From: Cetorhinus maximus
Taxonomy: Eukaryota
Reading direction: 5' to 3'
Length of the DNA: 64,000 bases
Assembly (NCBI RefSeq): GCF_964194155.1
Contig: NC_135897.1
Coordinates: 76,322,001 to 76,386,000 of the forward strand
The notes beneath the pieces are model-generated. The model ran no database searches and had not been told where the DNA came from. It worked only from the letters and a program-made list of their open reading frames with translations. Shown here piece after piece: positions 25,673 through 38,503 of this stretch (its first letter is position 1; every line of letters begins with the position of its first letter). Both the position numbers and the translations under genes were made by a program.

Positions 25673-27797
25673 TAATAAGTCCAAAACAATACTGCATTTT
25701 TTTTTTAAATGATTATGACGTTTCTCATACACCCCTCTTCACAAGCTTTCAAGTTCAAAAATTTATCTCCTTGGGTAGTGATCACACTCAAGCGCTGTGG
25801 AGGAAAACAGATGGCAAAGTTAATTGGAAAAAGAACTCATTTGCATCAGATTACAGATTAAAACATTCAGGTGAATATAGGTTGCTGTTCTTAAATTTCC
25901 TTTATCAAATTTATGAATCTGAAACTTATATTTGTAATCCGTTCTGGTCGACTTGCTTGTGCACAGTAAACGCAAAGGACTATTGCCTGAATTGGACAGC
26001 AGATGGCATCTGAACTCCAATCCAGCCTAAACTGAATTAAGGTCGGGATAAATAAGGTCGAAAATCTGTCACAAACCAGAGGTGAATTGTCAACTTGCCA
26101 TCCATGTGTAAAACTGGGGTTATAGGGCAGCCTCCCAACCTTCTTTACTACTGTTGTCAGTGAAAATTGACTCATTTCTATAGTGGGAGGCCAATTTCCC
26201 TTCCATCAATTTTACACCCAAGCAGCAATTTGAGAATCTAACCCATTATGTTTGATTTTTTAAAAAGCAATCTGGTCCCCCCAGGTCTCCCCTAAGCATG
26301 TCACCATCAGGATATCCTTTTTTTTAAACAAAATATAAACAACAGAAACAAATAAGAATTATGATATTTTAAATATTGTCTGTGTTTTCTTCCATTTCTA
26401 ATGCTATTTCCCCCAATTATTTAAACAATGAGTCTCAATAACATAACTGGCAAGTACTGAACTGGTGAATTATCAAGGTCTACTGCTAGGAAACCACATT
26501 ATCATTAGAGATACAAGACAGGAAATGGCCCCCAGCAATGTTATCTTGGGTAGAGGCATTAAACTACATGTCTCACTATTTTAAATGAACTATCACTTCC
26601 ATTAAAATAGCATGAAGAGGAATTTAATTGGACTGTGCTAAGCATTCATAAGATAACATCACTGATTGTCATTGCTAGCCTTGTCCAATAGATCCAAGGT
26701 TTGTCTTACATCAGTTATGTGTGATAATTTAGCTGCTGCGTCTTGTTCAGTCCCAGTCATCATTACCAGAGTATTTCTATTGATGGCAGTCAATGTTTAA
26801 TTAAAACCTAAAATTTAATCAAAATAGAAAGACCAAGGCAAAAAGATGCCAAGACTAATTTCAAATCTTTTTCACTGCTTTAATTTTCTTTTAAGCCACC
26901 ATAATCTTTCTCCAGAAAGGCTGTTAGCAGCAGTACTCCTTTTTAAATCTAACAGCTGTACGGGAGTGCAATTTAATATTCATTATTTTTTCCTCAATGT
27001 TCCATAAAGGTGCGATATATAAACGCAAGCGAAAGCAAAGGTGCTTGAAGAACTTGGTTGTGAACTCCTATTTATTGATGACTCTGTTCTAATGGCTCAA
27101 TCCCAGTATGATTTGCAAATAATCATGAGCTACTCTGGAACAGCATGCCTGCAATTTGGTATGACAATGAGCCTTAAATAGATGATGGTACTCTTCCAAA
27201 CTGCCTGAGGTAAGGGATGCACTCCACCTACCATCACTATTGACAATCATACACTTCAGGCTTTGGACAGCTTCACCTTCCTGCCTAAAGAAGTTCATAT
27301 CGATAGAGAAGCTCCTTACAGGTTTGTTTTTTTGGCAAATTAATAAGTGCCTCTGAGGCAAGAGAGCCATCAAACTGCAGATCAAGCTCAAAATATATAG
27401 GGCTGTCGTTCTGACAATGTATTTACGCCACATTAAGAAACTGAATGACTTTCACATAAGCCGCCCGAGACAACTAATGAACAGCAGATGGCTAAACAAG
27501 ATTGCTGACAAAGAAATTCTTGAAATAAATTTGACATGCCAAGCATAGATGCTCTGAGCATGAAGGCACAGCCATGCTGTTCAGGTAATTTGGTGCAAAT
27601 GTCTGATAGCTGAATACTGAAGAAGATCTTTTGTGGCATATTGAGAACTGGGGCTCATGCTGGATTCTGAAAAAGCACAAAATAAATGACCATCTGTGGA
27701 GCCACTTACTTAAGATAAGTGTGGTGAAAAGCCACACGTGAATCCAGCTCTTCCTATCAGATTGGCGATGCTGAGGAAGTTTCACCTGAAAAATCAA

Positions 27798-28740
27798 GGG
27801 GCCAGATTTTGCTGTAGAAGTAATAGTGAAGCTAAGCTGTTGTTTATGTGGAAAGACCCAGGTCTTCCGGTCTCTGGATCATCAGAGACCGGACAAATGA
27901 CCCCAAATGAGCATCGGACCTGTGGAAATCCCGATGCGCTGGCATCCATGAGAATTACCCAGGAAGTTTGAACTTCCAGTGGGCAATTCCACTGCTCCCA
28001 GGAACCCTCCGACAAAGTCTCCACCTCTGAGTGGGACTTACCTGAATAGTTAGCTAGGAAATGTTAGACAGAAAAATCCAATCTAACTCCTGGGTAACTA
28101 CAGAACTGACACAACAATCACTCACACTGACCCTGCCCTGACTCCCGCCTTAACCCTGACAAACCCCTGACCCCAAAACAACCCCATGACCTCCCAACTA
28201 CCTCATGGCCCAAGCCGATATGACCATTTCCCCAATCACCCAGCTAGCGTCACGACAAGACCTGACTAGCCCCCGAACTGACAACCCATCCCGACCCATC
28301 CCGACTACCTCCTGACCCACCTACCACCTCACCCACCTGCCACCCTGCCCACCTGATATCTCACCCACCTGCCACCCTATCCACCCGTCACCCTACACAC
28401 CTGCCACCTCACTCATCTGCCACTTTACCTACTTACCTCACCCACCCTACCCACTTACCCCGCCCACCTACCCACCCTACCAAACTACCCCATTCACTCA
28501 CTCACCCATTCACGAACATTCATCCATTCACTCATTCACTTACATTCACGCTGGGCATTTAAACTTACCATACGGCAGTTGGTGCCGTTAAAAGAGGGCA
28601 TGTCTTGTCTTCCCCAACATTACAACATTGTGATGAAGCTCTGCAATGAATGCTGCACTCTGCATTTCTAGAGGAGCCGGGGTTGGAAGATCCAGCAAGA
28701 AATGCGGAGGAGTGTCTAGGCAAGGAAAAGTTCGAGCCAT
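27798..28740 (+). mobile_element. Non-autonomous DNA element with C-rich (ACCC/CCTA) internal tract
   Basis: GGGGCCAGATTTT start; 28560-28600 recurs in reverse complement at 30615-30655, a second copy at about 30435-30985. Confidence 0.55.
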
Positions 28741-29379
28741 ATGGCAACATCCAGCCACCACATCTTCACAGCTGAATGCTAAAAGCCAGAAATTGCTGTC
28801 CAATATGCAATGTTCTTCCAAATGTTTCTCTAAAATGTCATCTCGCCATATAGCCCTCTATTCAGGTACATTGGGTGGACTGTAGATTGTATACTTACCT
28901 CCGTAGGTATAATCTCAACTCACCAGAAAAGATTAAGGTTTGTCTATTCCAGATTCCACTCATTTTAACCAAGTACTAAGCCTTAATTACTGCCAACCAA
29001 CCTCTCTGGCACTGATAATTAATGATCACAAGTGTGAAATTTCATTCCTTCAGATTTTAAATTATGGTCAGAGATTTTAAATTTTTAAAATTTATTCTTT
29101 CTGTTTCTGTTATATCTTTTAATCTAACTTTTCTTTCCATCTCTGTTTTTGCATTCAACATCTGGTTTGAAATTGAACTCACAATTGTAACTGACTCTAC
29201 CTGGCTCAGACGCAGCACGGCTCATAAACAATTCTTCAATCTAATTGGTTAAGGAAATATAAGGGTGGGGTTTTAATGAAGCCTGCAAGTGCAGGAAACG
29301 TGACATGCAGGGTGACTGAATTAGGTGGGATGCAAAATTTCGGTTTCCTGACAGCAGGTGGAGATGAAAATGTATTTTT

Positions 29380-29620
29380 TCAGCAATAAACAGAGAGTTG
29401 TGGTTAATGGATGTTTCTCAGGCTGGACGAAGTTGTGTGTTGGAAGGTGGTTCAATCCAAGCATTCAAAAGGGAATTAGACTGTTATTTGAAAAGGAAGA
29501 ACATGCAGGGTTACGGGAAGAAGGCGGGAGAATGGAGCTAGGTGAATTGCTCACCCGGTGCAGACACGATGAGCCAAACGGCATCCTTCTGTGTTGTAAC
29601 AATTCTGTGATTCTGTGATT
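29380..29620 (+). mobile_element. CR1 LINE fragment with (ATTCTGTG)n tail
   Basis: KQRVVVNGCFSGW RT motif joined to CR1 3' end. Confidence 0.7.
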
Positions 29621-30783
29621 TGACACAAAGCAAATTCTAATCATTTCACCTAATGAACATTAAAATTTATTCATCCTCTTCCATCATGGTCACCTTCCAG
29701 CCTGATCACCTAGATTTAAAAGCTTATAAACTACACAGTACCAATCTATTTACTAATGATGTCGTGGATTTTGCTAATTCTGTGGAAACTCTGCCGATAC
29801 TGTTATGGGCCTTCCAGAAGGCCCACATAAATAGGCACAATCTGTCTGACCTGCAGCTGAGCCTCCAAAAGGAAACACATGGTGCGCATATGTACCAAAG
29901 TAATAATGACAGTATGGTCAACATAAATTGAGGAACTAAGAAAGCATAAGAGAGCAAACAACCTCAGATGAATTACCTCAGATTATATACTACATCCCAC
30001 CAAATGTGGCCTCCTAAGGTTTTGATTCATTTCTTGGTATCTTTATTATCCTGTTGTATGCAAATCAAATGTTCTTGCTAGGTAGATGTATGTAGATGGA
30101 TTGACTACGGACTCAGAGATGGGGAGCAGGAAGGGAATCAGATGGCTGAAGTAGACCATTGACTTTAGAGCTTCGGATTTATCAGTTTGTTTGCTGTTTC
30201 TTCTGGCCTTGCCTCCTGCCCTGTTTTGGCCTGTGTGAAGAGAACCAGAAGAGGGTCTTGGGGCCATATATACTACCAGGCAGTGTCCACGTGGTCAGTG
30301 GACAAGGCCACAGCTTCCTCTTGGCAACTACATTGGTTAATTATGTGGCCACTATTCATTGGTATTATCCATCAATGATAATCTTTAAACTGTCTACTTG
30401 TCCATTAAGCACTGGACCCTTGTGTAGATTTGGCTGGCCCAAATCTCCTGTGCAGCAGCAATGATCAGCAGATTGCCAGTGCACTCGAAGGTTCCTCCAA
30501 CTCGATACTACTGCACGTTTTTGGGATCTTCCGATCCCGGCTTTCACAGGAATGTGCAGCACAGAGTGCCTTGGGGAACTCCATTAGACCATTGTAGAGT
30601 CAGGGGAGGACAGGCCACGGCCCCTTTTTATGGCGCTAACTGCCATATGGTAAAGTCCAGTCTTTCAATGTGAGTGAATGGATGAGTGAATGGGTGAGTG
30701 GATGAATCAGTGATTAGGTGGGTGGGAAGGCAGGTGAGTGGGTAGGTGGGTGGATTGGGTAAGTGAATAGGGTGTGTAGGGTG

Positions 30784-30956
30784 GGTAGGTGGGTGAGTAG
30801 GAGGTGGGTAGGGTTGGTAGGTGGGTGAGTAGGAGGTGGGTAGGGTTGGTAGGTGGGTGAGTAGGAGGTGGGTAGGGTTGGTAGGTGGGTGAGTAGGAGG
30901 TGGGTAGGGTTGGTAGGTGGGTGAGTAGGAGGTGGGTAGGGTTGGTAGGTGGGTGA
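30784..30956 (+). repeat. 32-bp G-rich minisatellite (~5 units) inside a DNA-element copy
   Basis: Unit GTGGGTAGGGTTGGTAGGTGGGTGAGTAGGAG repeated almost perfectly. Confidence 0.85.
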
Positions 30957-31064
30957 GGTGGGTAGGTGGATGAGGTAGGTCAGGCAAGAAAGGTTAACTC
31001 TGTTTATCTCTCCACAGATGCTGCCAGACCTGCTGCGTTTTCCCAACACCTTCTGTTTTCACTA

Positions 31065-32420
31065 TTGCCACTGATTGGGTAATGACTATTGAATTTTGGA
31101 TTCAATTCCCCTGCTTGAAGATTGGCCTGGCCATCACCTGGTTCCCCATCTCATATCCATCAGAATCTACTGATGAGAGCCAAGGAGACCCTATTCTGGT
31201 CATCCCCAAGTTAAGGGCTCCAGGCAGATGTACCTGTTCCAAATGGTTTGGAATCAATTGCATTCTTCGATCCACATGAACTCCTAGCTGGGGGCTAGAC
31301 AGACAACCAACTATCCACACTTCTGACAGCTGCATTATCCTCCCAGTCAGAATTTCATAGGAACTAAACCCTTACTCTTGGAGGGAGTTCCGCTAATAGC
31401 CATTAGAAGGAGGAGTAGCAGACTGTTTCACTCCATCGCTGAGTTAGTGAGGATTTTCACTTACCAATTTTTCATGGTTTGGTTCATTTGTTCCACTATT
31501 CCTGCTGCTTTGGGATTATATGGGATGTGAAAGTGTGATGTAGTCCCCAATAATCTGAGAATTATTTCTTATCACCTGGCTTGCAAAATGGGAGCCTTGA
31601 TCAGATGTGATATTTTCTGGCAGACCTTGCCTGGGGAAAGCATACTCATTCAATCAGGTCACCTGCAATTTAATTTGTGGCAGCCTTGATGACAGGGAAA
31701 TTTCTACCCATTTTGAAAAACAATCTACTGCCACCAGATCAAACTCTTTGCCATGAGAAGTACGAGGCAGGGGGCCAATATGATCAGTCTGGAGGGATTT
31801 CAATGTTCCTTTTCCATGGGTTGATAGGATTCTGATTTTTGGGCCTGGATCGTAGTGGGCACAGATAAAACACTGATCCACCACTTGCCTCATGTTAAGC
31901 CATCACACATTTGGATAATTTCTGTGTTAGGCTCTCTCCCTCCTGATGTCCATTGAACATGTGTGCCGATTGGACAATTTTGACCCATAGACAGCTGGGG
32001 GTTATCATCCAATTTTGAAACAGTAATAGTTGATCTGGTTCCCATGTGATGTCCTCCCTGTTACTGGAACAACATGGCTTGCCTGATTGCTTGAATCAAA
32101 GGGTCCAGACTCTGCGCTTCCACCAATATTGGACTATTCTGATGGGTGGACTGCATCAGGGTCATAGCCACAGTTGGCGATGCCCATTCCTCCCCACTCT
32201 TCTGGAAGCTTCTGGACAATTCAACAGGCTTTCAGTTCCCATCCTTTTGCAGACCATTTTTAGGATGTGCTTTAACCTTCACTATAGCCATGGGATGTTG
32301 CCACTACTTTGCTTAGTTAAGGACATATTGTAATAATTCAGCCATAGGGAGTGGTTTGCTATCTGCAGAGGCAAAGCTTCTCTTTTCTGAAACATGCCAA
32401 GGTTCCTTTAAACAGAAATC
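31065..32420 (-). mobile_element. Endogenous retrovirus / LTR element pol remnant (RNase H and integrase)
   Basis: RSFASADSKPL and AIVKVKAH...GN (RNase H); VVDQCFICA, LQTDHIGPLP, VAVDCFSKWVE, DQGSHF, FHIPYNPKAAGIVEQMN, SYEILTGR (integrase); many stops and frameshifts. Confidence 0.85.
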
Positions 32421-33537
32421 CTCCTTCTATCCTGTTGGACCTCCCTAATTGGTTGAACAGCCTGGAGGCAGGCTTTTAATTGGTTTGCTCCGGTAAAGAG
32501 CAGCTGGAAGACCTGCATGTCTGGAGTACGGGTTCATGACCCAAAAGTGGTCCTGCCGCTGTGTCAGAGACTAAGGCAATTAAATTCCACCCAGCATCTC
32601 ATTTTCTGAAGTCTATTTTTAGATGACTGGTGGGAACAAATTTTGCTGGAAATGAGCTCCCGCTGACTCAATAGTGATCCTAGTTACACCAGGTTGGAGA
32701 TCTGGGCTGCAATTTGCTCTCATCAAAGGACGAATACACTTGCACTTACCCATGGACTTTCTATGGGGTTTTGCACAGGAATGCACTGTAAATAAAGGAG
32801 ACAAAAAAATGGGCAGAATTTCATCAGCTATGTACTTGCTTTTTCTCTCTTGCTCTCTTGCTTTTTCCCATTTTCCATGCAATTAAAATTAAAATTAAAA
32901 GTGCTGGTAGTGTGCAAGGGAGATTCTGCGATGGGGAAGCTTTTCAGTGGTGAAACCTACAATCAGCTGATAATAGAACAGCTGCAGACAGGCTATAAAA
33001 GTGCCTCCTGGTCAAGCAAGGAGGCTCAGCATCATAGCCAAAACTTTCCTACCCAACTCCATTGCCATTAACATTAGGCTTATTGAAAGTAAAAAGGTAA
33101 CATGGGTGTTTTTTCAAATTTAAATTTCACTTGTAAATATTTCACATTACATTGGTTTCACTTTATTCATGTGTGGATCAGCTCTATTTGTTGAGACCAA
33201 CTTCGTCAGAGTCTAAATGTACTGGCACACAGCATGGTTGGCGTACAATGATGATTACAGGGCAGTTAGGGACATTTCTTTATCATGCAAGAAACTATGT
33301 TATGTTTTTTTGTTCACTCTTTATTGAATATCCATGTTATTGTCCAGTTATGCTTGCCACTGCGGGACATGGCTGAACTTGCAAGCTTAGCATCCAAGTT
33401 TGGCAGTTAACTGTCAGTCACTATTAACTGGTGCACTCTCCATGGCAACCAATCAGAGTCCACTTGCCAACCAATTGGCACTCTCTTCTCATGCAGTATT
33501 TAGTTGTTGCTTCCCCTGACATGGGTATTCTGGTGAT

Positions 33538-33570
33538 TGTCCTGATGAGTGCAAGATGAAAAGTTTTGAC
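33538..33570 (+). ncRNA. Hammerhead motif (family B) in a single-arm element at about 33425-33615
   Basis: UGUC CUGAUGA GU gcaag AU GAAA AGUU UU GAC; downstream ttttttcagcaa.actcaagttctg shared with 48535 ff. Confidence 0.5.
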
Positions 33571-33619
33571 GTAATGTCTTTTTTCAGCAATACTCAAGTT
33601 CTGAACTACAAAATGACTA

Positions 33620-34760
33620 TTTGTACACTCTCTGCTTCCTGTCACTCATCCAATTTGTGTCCATGTTGTTATTGTCCCTTTTATTCCATGAGCTATAACT
33701 TTTCTCACAAGTCTGTTGTGCGGCACTACATCAAATGTTTTTTGGATGTCCATGTGCACTACATCAACAGTATTGCCCTCATCAATCCTCTTTGTTACCT
33801 CTTCAAAAAACTCCAGTAAGTTAGTTAAACACAATTTTCCCTTAAGAAATCCATGCTGGCTTTCCTTAACTAACCTACATTTGTCCATGTGACTATTAAT
33901 TTTGTCCCAAGTTATTGTTTCTAGAAGTTTCTCTACCACCGCAGCTAACTGACATGCCTGTGGTTGCTGGGCATATCTTTACACCCTTTTTTGAACAAGG
34001 GTGTAATGTTTGTAATTCTCCAGTCCTCCAGGACCATCCCTGAGCCTAAGGAAGACTGAAAAATTGTAGCCAATGCCTCTGTAATTTCCATTCTCACTTC
34101 CCTCAGTATCCTTGGATGTATTTCATCCAGTCCTGTTGCCTTATCAACTTTCAGTACAGACAGCCAACCAATATCTCCTCCTTATCCATTTTAAACCCAT
34201 CTAGCACCTGAATTACCTCCACTTTCACCGTGGTCTGGGTGACATCTTCTTCCTTGGCAAAGATAGATGCAAAGTATTCATTTTATTTCTCAGCTATGCC
34301 TTCCACTTCTGTGCGTAAATCCCCTTTTTGGTTCCTAATCAGCCCTACTCCTTATTTTACCACCCTTTTACTATTTATAGGACTTTGGGATTCCCTTTTA
34401 GGTTGGCTGCCAGTTTCTTTTCATACTCCCTCCCTCTTTGCTTCTGAACCTTCAATTCTCAGCCTGGTTTTAAATTATATTTTCTACCTTTGTCATAAGC
34501 ACATTTTTTTCTTCTTTATCTTAATTTCTACCTTTATTGTCAACCAGGGAGCTTTGGATTTGTTTGCCCTACCTTTCTCTTTCGAGATAAAATACTTGAT
34601 TTATGTGGTGAAGCTATCTCTTTCTTGAAGGTAGCCCATTGATCAGCTGTCATTTTTCCTGCCAACCTTTGACTCCAATTTATTTGGCCCAGACCCATTC
34701 TTACTCCCATTAAAGTTGGCTTTCCCCCAATTAATTATTCTTACTCTGGATTGTCCAGAT
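33620..34760 (-). mobile_element. CR1 LINE ORF2 fragment
   Basis: ESQHGFLKGKLCLTNLLEFFEEVTKRIDEGNTVDVVHMDIQKTFDVVPH RT motifs. Confidence 0.88.
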
Positions 34761-35283
34761 TGCCTGGAATGTCCCAAAGTTAATCATGTCTTGAGGTTAT
34801 TGTCAGATAAGGATATGTGTTAATATCAGAAGTTAGTTGGAACAATGGAGTGGCAGAAAACCGATGAATAGACTGGCCAGTAATCACATTAAATATCTGG
34901 AATGTCCAAGACACCTCCTCTTCCTTTGTAATATGAGGCGGATACATCAGGTTAAATTGATTAACAGTTAAATCATCAAGATGGCCATTATGTCGAGGTT
35001 TGGTGAGAAAGAATCTCATTTCAATATGCATCCTGGGCATGTGACTCACATCAAAGAGAAAAGTCCTTCAATGAGATCTAGAAATTCTTTTAGTGGCAGA
35101 TGGATAAAGAGGGATACATAAGAATGGGTAGCAGCCATCATCTAGTTAGAGCTCACAGGACAGCCAGGGATCCATCACTTAAAAAGATGAAAGCAAAATA
35201 CTACGGATGCTGGAAATCTGAAACAAAAACAAAAATAGCTGGAAAAACTCAGCAGGTCTGACAGCATCTGCGGAGAGGAATAC

Positions 35284-35323
35284 AGTTAACGTTTCAAGTT
35301 CGTATAACTCTTCATCAGAACTA
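35284..35323 (-). ncRNA. Minimal type I hammerhead ribozyme motif (family A), mirror copy
   Basis: AGUU CUGAUGA A GAGUU auacg AACUU GAAA C GUU AACU on the minus strand. Confidence 0.7.
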
Positions 35324-35382
35324 AGAAATATATAAATGAGGTGGAATATAAGCTTATATTCCACCTCATTTCTATATTTCTT

Positions 35383-35421
35383 AGTTCTGATGAAGAGTCA
35401 TACGGACTCGAAACGTTAACT
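35383..35421 (+). ncRNA. Minimal type I hammerhead ribozyme motif (family A)
   Basis: AGUU CUGAUGA A GAGUC auacg GACUC GAAA C GUU AACU: complete core, 5-bp stem II, stem I AGUU/AACU, palindromic ACGU stem III. Confidence 0.75.
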
Positions 35422-36342
35422 TCAAAAGATAAGATTGATCGATTTAGCTCTGCAAGAAACCAGGTTGTATGAGTCTAGTTATAAGAGTTACTGTGCTGTT
35501 GGTGCAGGAGTAAGAAACAATACCTTCGTACCTGAACCACAAGGAACCATTTAGCTGAGTTTAAAGAGATTTCTTTGCACATCAGTCATCTAACAATGAC
35601 TTTAGAAAGGGAATAATATTTTTGCATGATTTCTTCAAAGTCATAGGATAAATGAGTGAGCAAGCAACTGCACTAATAACAAAGGTGCAATTGTTAATGA
35701 ATCAATTGGCATCAGCCAATCTACCTTTTCCATAGATAAATTTGACAAGAACTCAGAGAATGAAAGAGTGTAACATTTACCAGAAATGGAAAAGTCTTCA
35801 CAGAATTGGGTGTGGGGAATGGACTAGCCTTCACAGAGCAACAATTTTTAGTTTTTTAATTAAAATACTGTCCATATACCTCAGAAATATAGCTACCAGA
35901 AGACAGTACGTTCTTATAAATATGTTGTTCTGTGCTACAGAAAGCTACAATTACATATTTCATTTTTTTCTAAATTTTTGTGGTTGATATTTATGCATAC
36001 AGATATATAAAATATTTCTGCAGGACACAAGGTGCCAGCAAATGTTTTAGCCACCTCCCTTGCAATGTTAAACTGTTGCCATTCTCTGAGTAAAACATTC
36101 CCATCCTAGGCTTTCCTTTTATACTTTTATAAAGGATCCATAGGTTTTCATTTGTATACACCACCATTTTAAGCTGATTTAACATTTCTCAACAGCAAAT
36201 GTTTAATTTTGGATTATCTACAGTCAGTTATTTGGTTGCTCTTTTATTAGAAGTTCAAAGACATCCTTTCTCTTTATGAAGATTTTGGACCAATAGATGT
36301 AGTTCTTTCATAATGAAGTGTGGTATTTGCTTTTGTAACTTC

Positions 36343-36685
36343 AGGGGTGAAATCCATCTTGCACAATATGGGCAACAGTGAATCGGCAATCTGTTTTACA
36401 CTCTGGTCGATATTCATTTGAAATGAAAATTGAACAACAATGGGCTACTGATTTACACTACAGCCCAAGACATGTTTCACACCTTTTTGAAGTTAGATGA
36501 AATGAATCATATATTTAGGGGTTGAAATTCATCTTGGGCTTTAGCATTAAGTGAGTGGTATATTGACTGCATGATATTCAGTTCCATTGTCTTCAATAGA
36601 ACTGAATGGGAAGTGGACCATAAATCTGACAGCTGATGTGTAACCATCCATTTCAAGCTACGGCCCAAGGCAAATTTCTGTCCCA
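36343..36685. mobile_element. Two adjacent short, old palindromic MITE-like elements
   Basis: GGGGTGAAATCCATCTTG...GCCCAAGACATGTTTCACACC and GGGGTTGAAATTCATCTTGGGC...GCCCAAGGCAAATTTCTGTCCC. Confidence 0.45.
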
Positions 36686-38005
36686 AAACTCCTGTTTATT
36701 ATAAGACACATTCATTCATTAATTCCTGGCGATTTGAACTGGTGAGTCATTGTACCATCACTAAATTCACATTGGATGGTTTTTGTTAGCAGTAAATTTT
36801 CGCAGAATAATAAGGGGAAGATTATATGATAGGTGTCCATTATTTGCAAATAAATCATGTAATGTGCGCTGAAACACATAAACCAACTCAAAGGAATATC
36901 TTTTGATTCAGCTTCTCCACACATTGATGCCTAACAGTTTCTTCAAGCCAATTTTGTTGAAGTGCAAATATTGATCTCCTAAAACATCAGCATCAAGTTA
37001 AAAATTTTACATTTAATTATAAATCGCCAGCTCATCAGATGAGGAAGACCTTTCAATGATCATCCATTCAGAAAGACTCTACTGTTCCCCATTACCTCCC
37101 CCAGTTGGCAATTCGAGGTGTATTTCAATCTTTACACGAAGAAGAGATTTCTAACAGAAGTCCCAAATTTTCCTTCTCTGAACATCCCATAAGGAATGGC
37201 TCTCCTTGCTTTTATCTCAGTGATCAGGACTGGGCACATTGTTCGACTTAAGCTCTGATCAACGCATTCTACAGCTAGAGGATGACTTTGTCTGAGTTGT
37301 CACATAGTGGGTAGCTGAGTATTTGTTGATGGATTACAATATGGCATTCATGCTTTGAAGGGATTGTGCCAAGAAAAGCTTGGGGAGGGTGCGAACAAAA
37401 GAGTGCCTGATTGGAGAAGATGGTGTTATTCAATACATATGCTAGCTGTTTTAATCAGAAGTGTCTGTTAGTGACTAAAATTATAAGCATATGACACTAA
37501 AAAAACAACCCCATACAAAATACACAGCGCCTTTCCTAGTTATACTCTTTGCACCTTTCTCTGATCTAATTATTGTTAGATTTATATTCAACCTCAGTTT
37601 GTTCATTTTAGGAAGCTTCTTAGAAAGAGAAACTTCTTCCTCTCAAAAAAATGTGCACCTTTACAATCTGTGCTCCAGTTAAAGAAACATTGAAACACAA
37701 AGATTCAAGAGGTAGTTTAAATGGAGAACTACAGAGCTGCAACCTAACATAATGAAGCTGAGACATGAAAACATGTGTTTAAATTTTGGGTTCTCAACCT
37801 GGAAAGACAGAGACTGAGAGATGATCTTAAAGCAATAAGTAACACGTTAAACAATGTGGAGAAAGTAGATTTAATATTCTACTTCAAGCTAAGCAATGAC
37901 AGAAGGACAAAGAGCCTCAAGGGAAGCCAATAAATGGGGATCATTCAGTCATTTAGGAAACAATTAGGTGACATGAAAGGGAGATTGTGTTGTGTTGCCT
38001 TTCTG

Positions 38006-38228
38006 GAGGTCCTGTGGCACAGTGGGTGGCATCCCTGCCTCTAAGCCTGAAGTTCTGAGTTCAAGCCCGACTCCATGACTTGACGACCATGAAAGATGCA
38101 TTCAAAAAATGGCCACACAGATTGATTATCAACTGGTAAATCCTTCCAATACACCTAAGGCAGATGGTAAGAGTAGGGGAGTCTACTGGTCAGCCATGCT
38201 TGATGTGGAGTGGCGCCCCTCAAGCTAG
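38006..38228 (+). mobile_element. tRNA-derived SINE-like element, apparent target of the Harbinger insertion
   Basis: A-box TGGCACAGTGG and B-box GAGTTCAAGCC with tRNA-like spacing. Confidence 0.6.
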
Positions 38229-38503
38229 TGGGCGGAATTTTCCCAGAATTGCACTAAGTGCGGTAGCTGGCAGGTAAAATGGAGTCCTACCTACCGACAA
38301 AAATGGTGGGTTTTCACGCCATATTGTCCCGAGCACGCCTCATTATTTATTCACTCCCACGAAACATGCCGTTTCCATGGTGACGGGCTCTCATTCGTCC
38401 ACCCGCCATCACTCGCTGTTGCATCACGCTGGCCATCATCTTTAAAAGGCAGCCGCCAGCAAAGCGTTCATCACCACCAGCTCACCAGCGCTGCCCGGGA
38501 GAC

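Larger units (their letters stand above)
35185..35421. mobile_element. Penelope-like terminal repeat element, family A, with 138-bp palindrome
   Basis: 35284-35421 is a loopless inverted repeat centred on AAGCTT; gctggaaa...ctcagcaggtctg.cagcatctg block recurs at 20100, 30995 (reverse) and 48735. Confidence 0.7.

Noticed and set aside
30628-31049. Pro/Thr/His-rich ORFs
   Set aside because: Translation of the 32-bp minisatellite.
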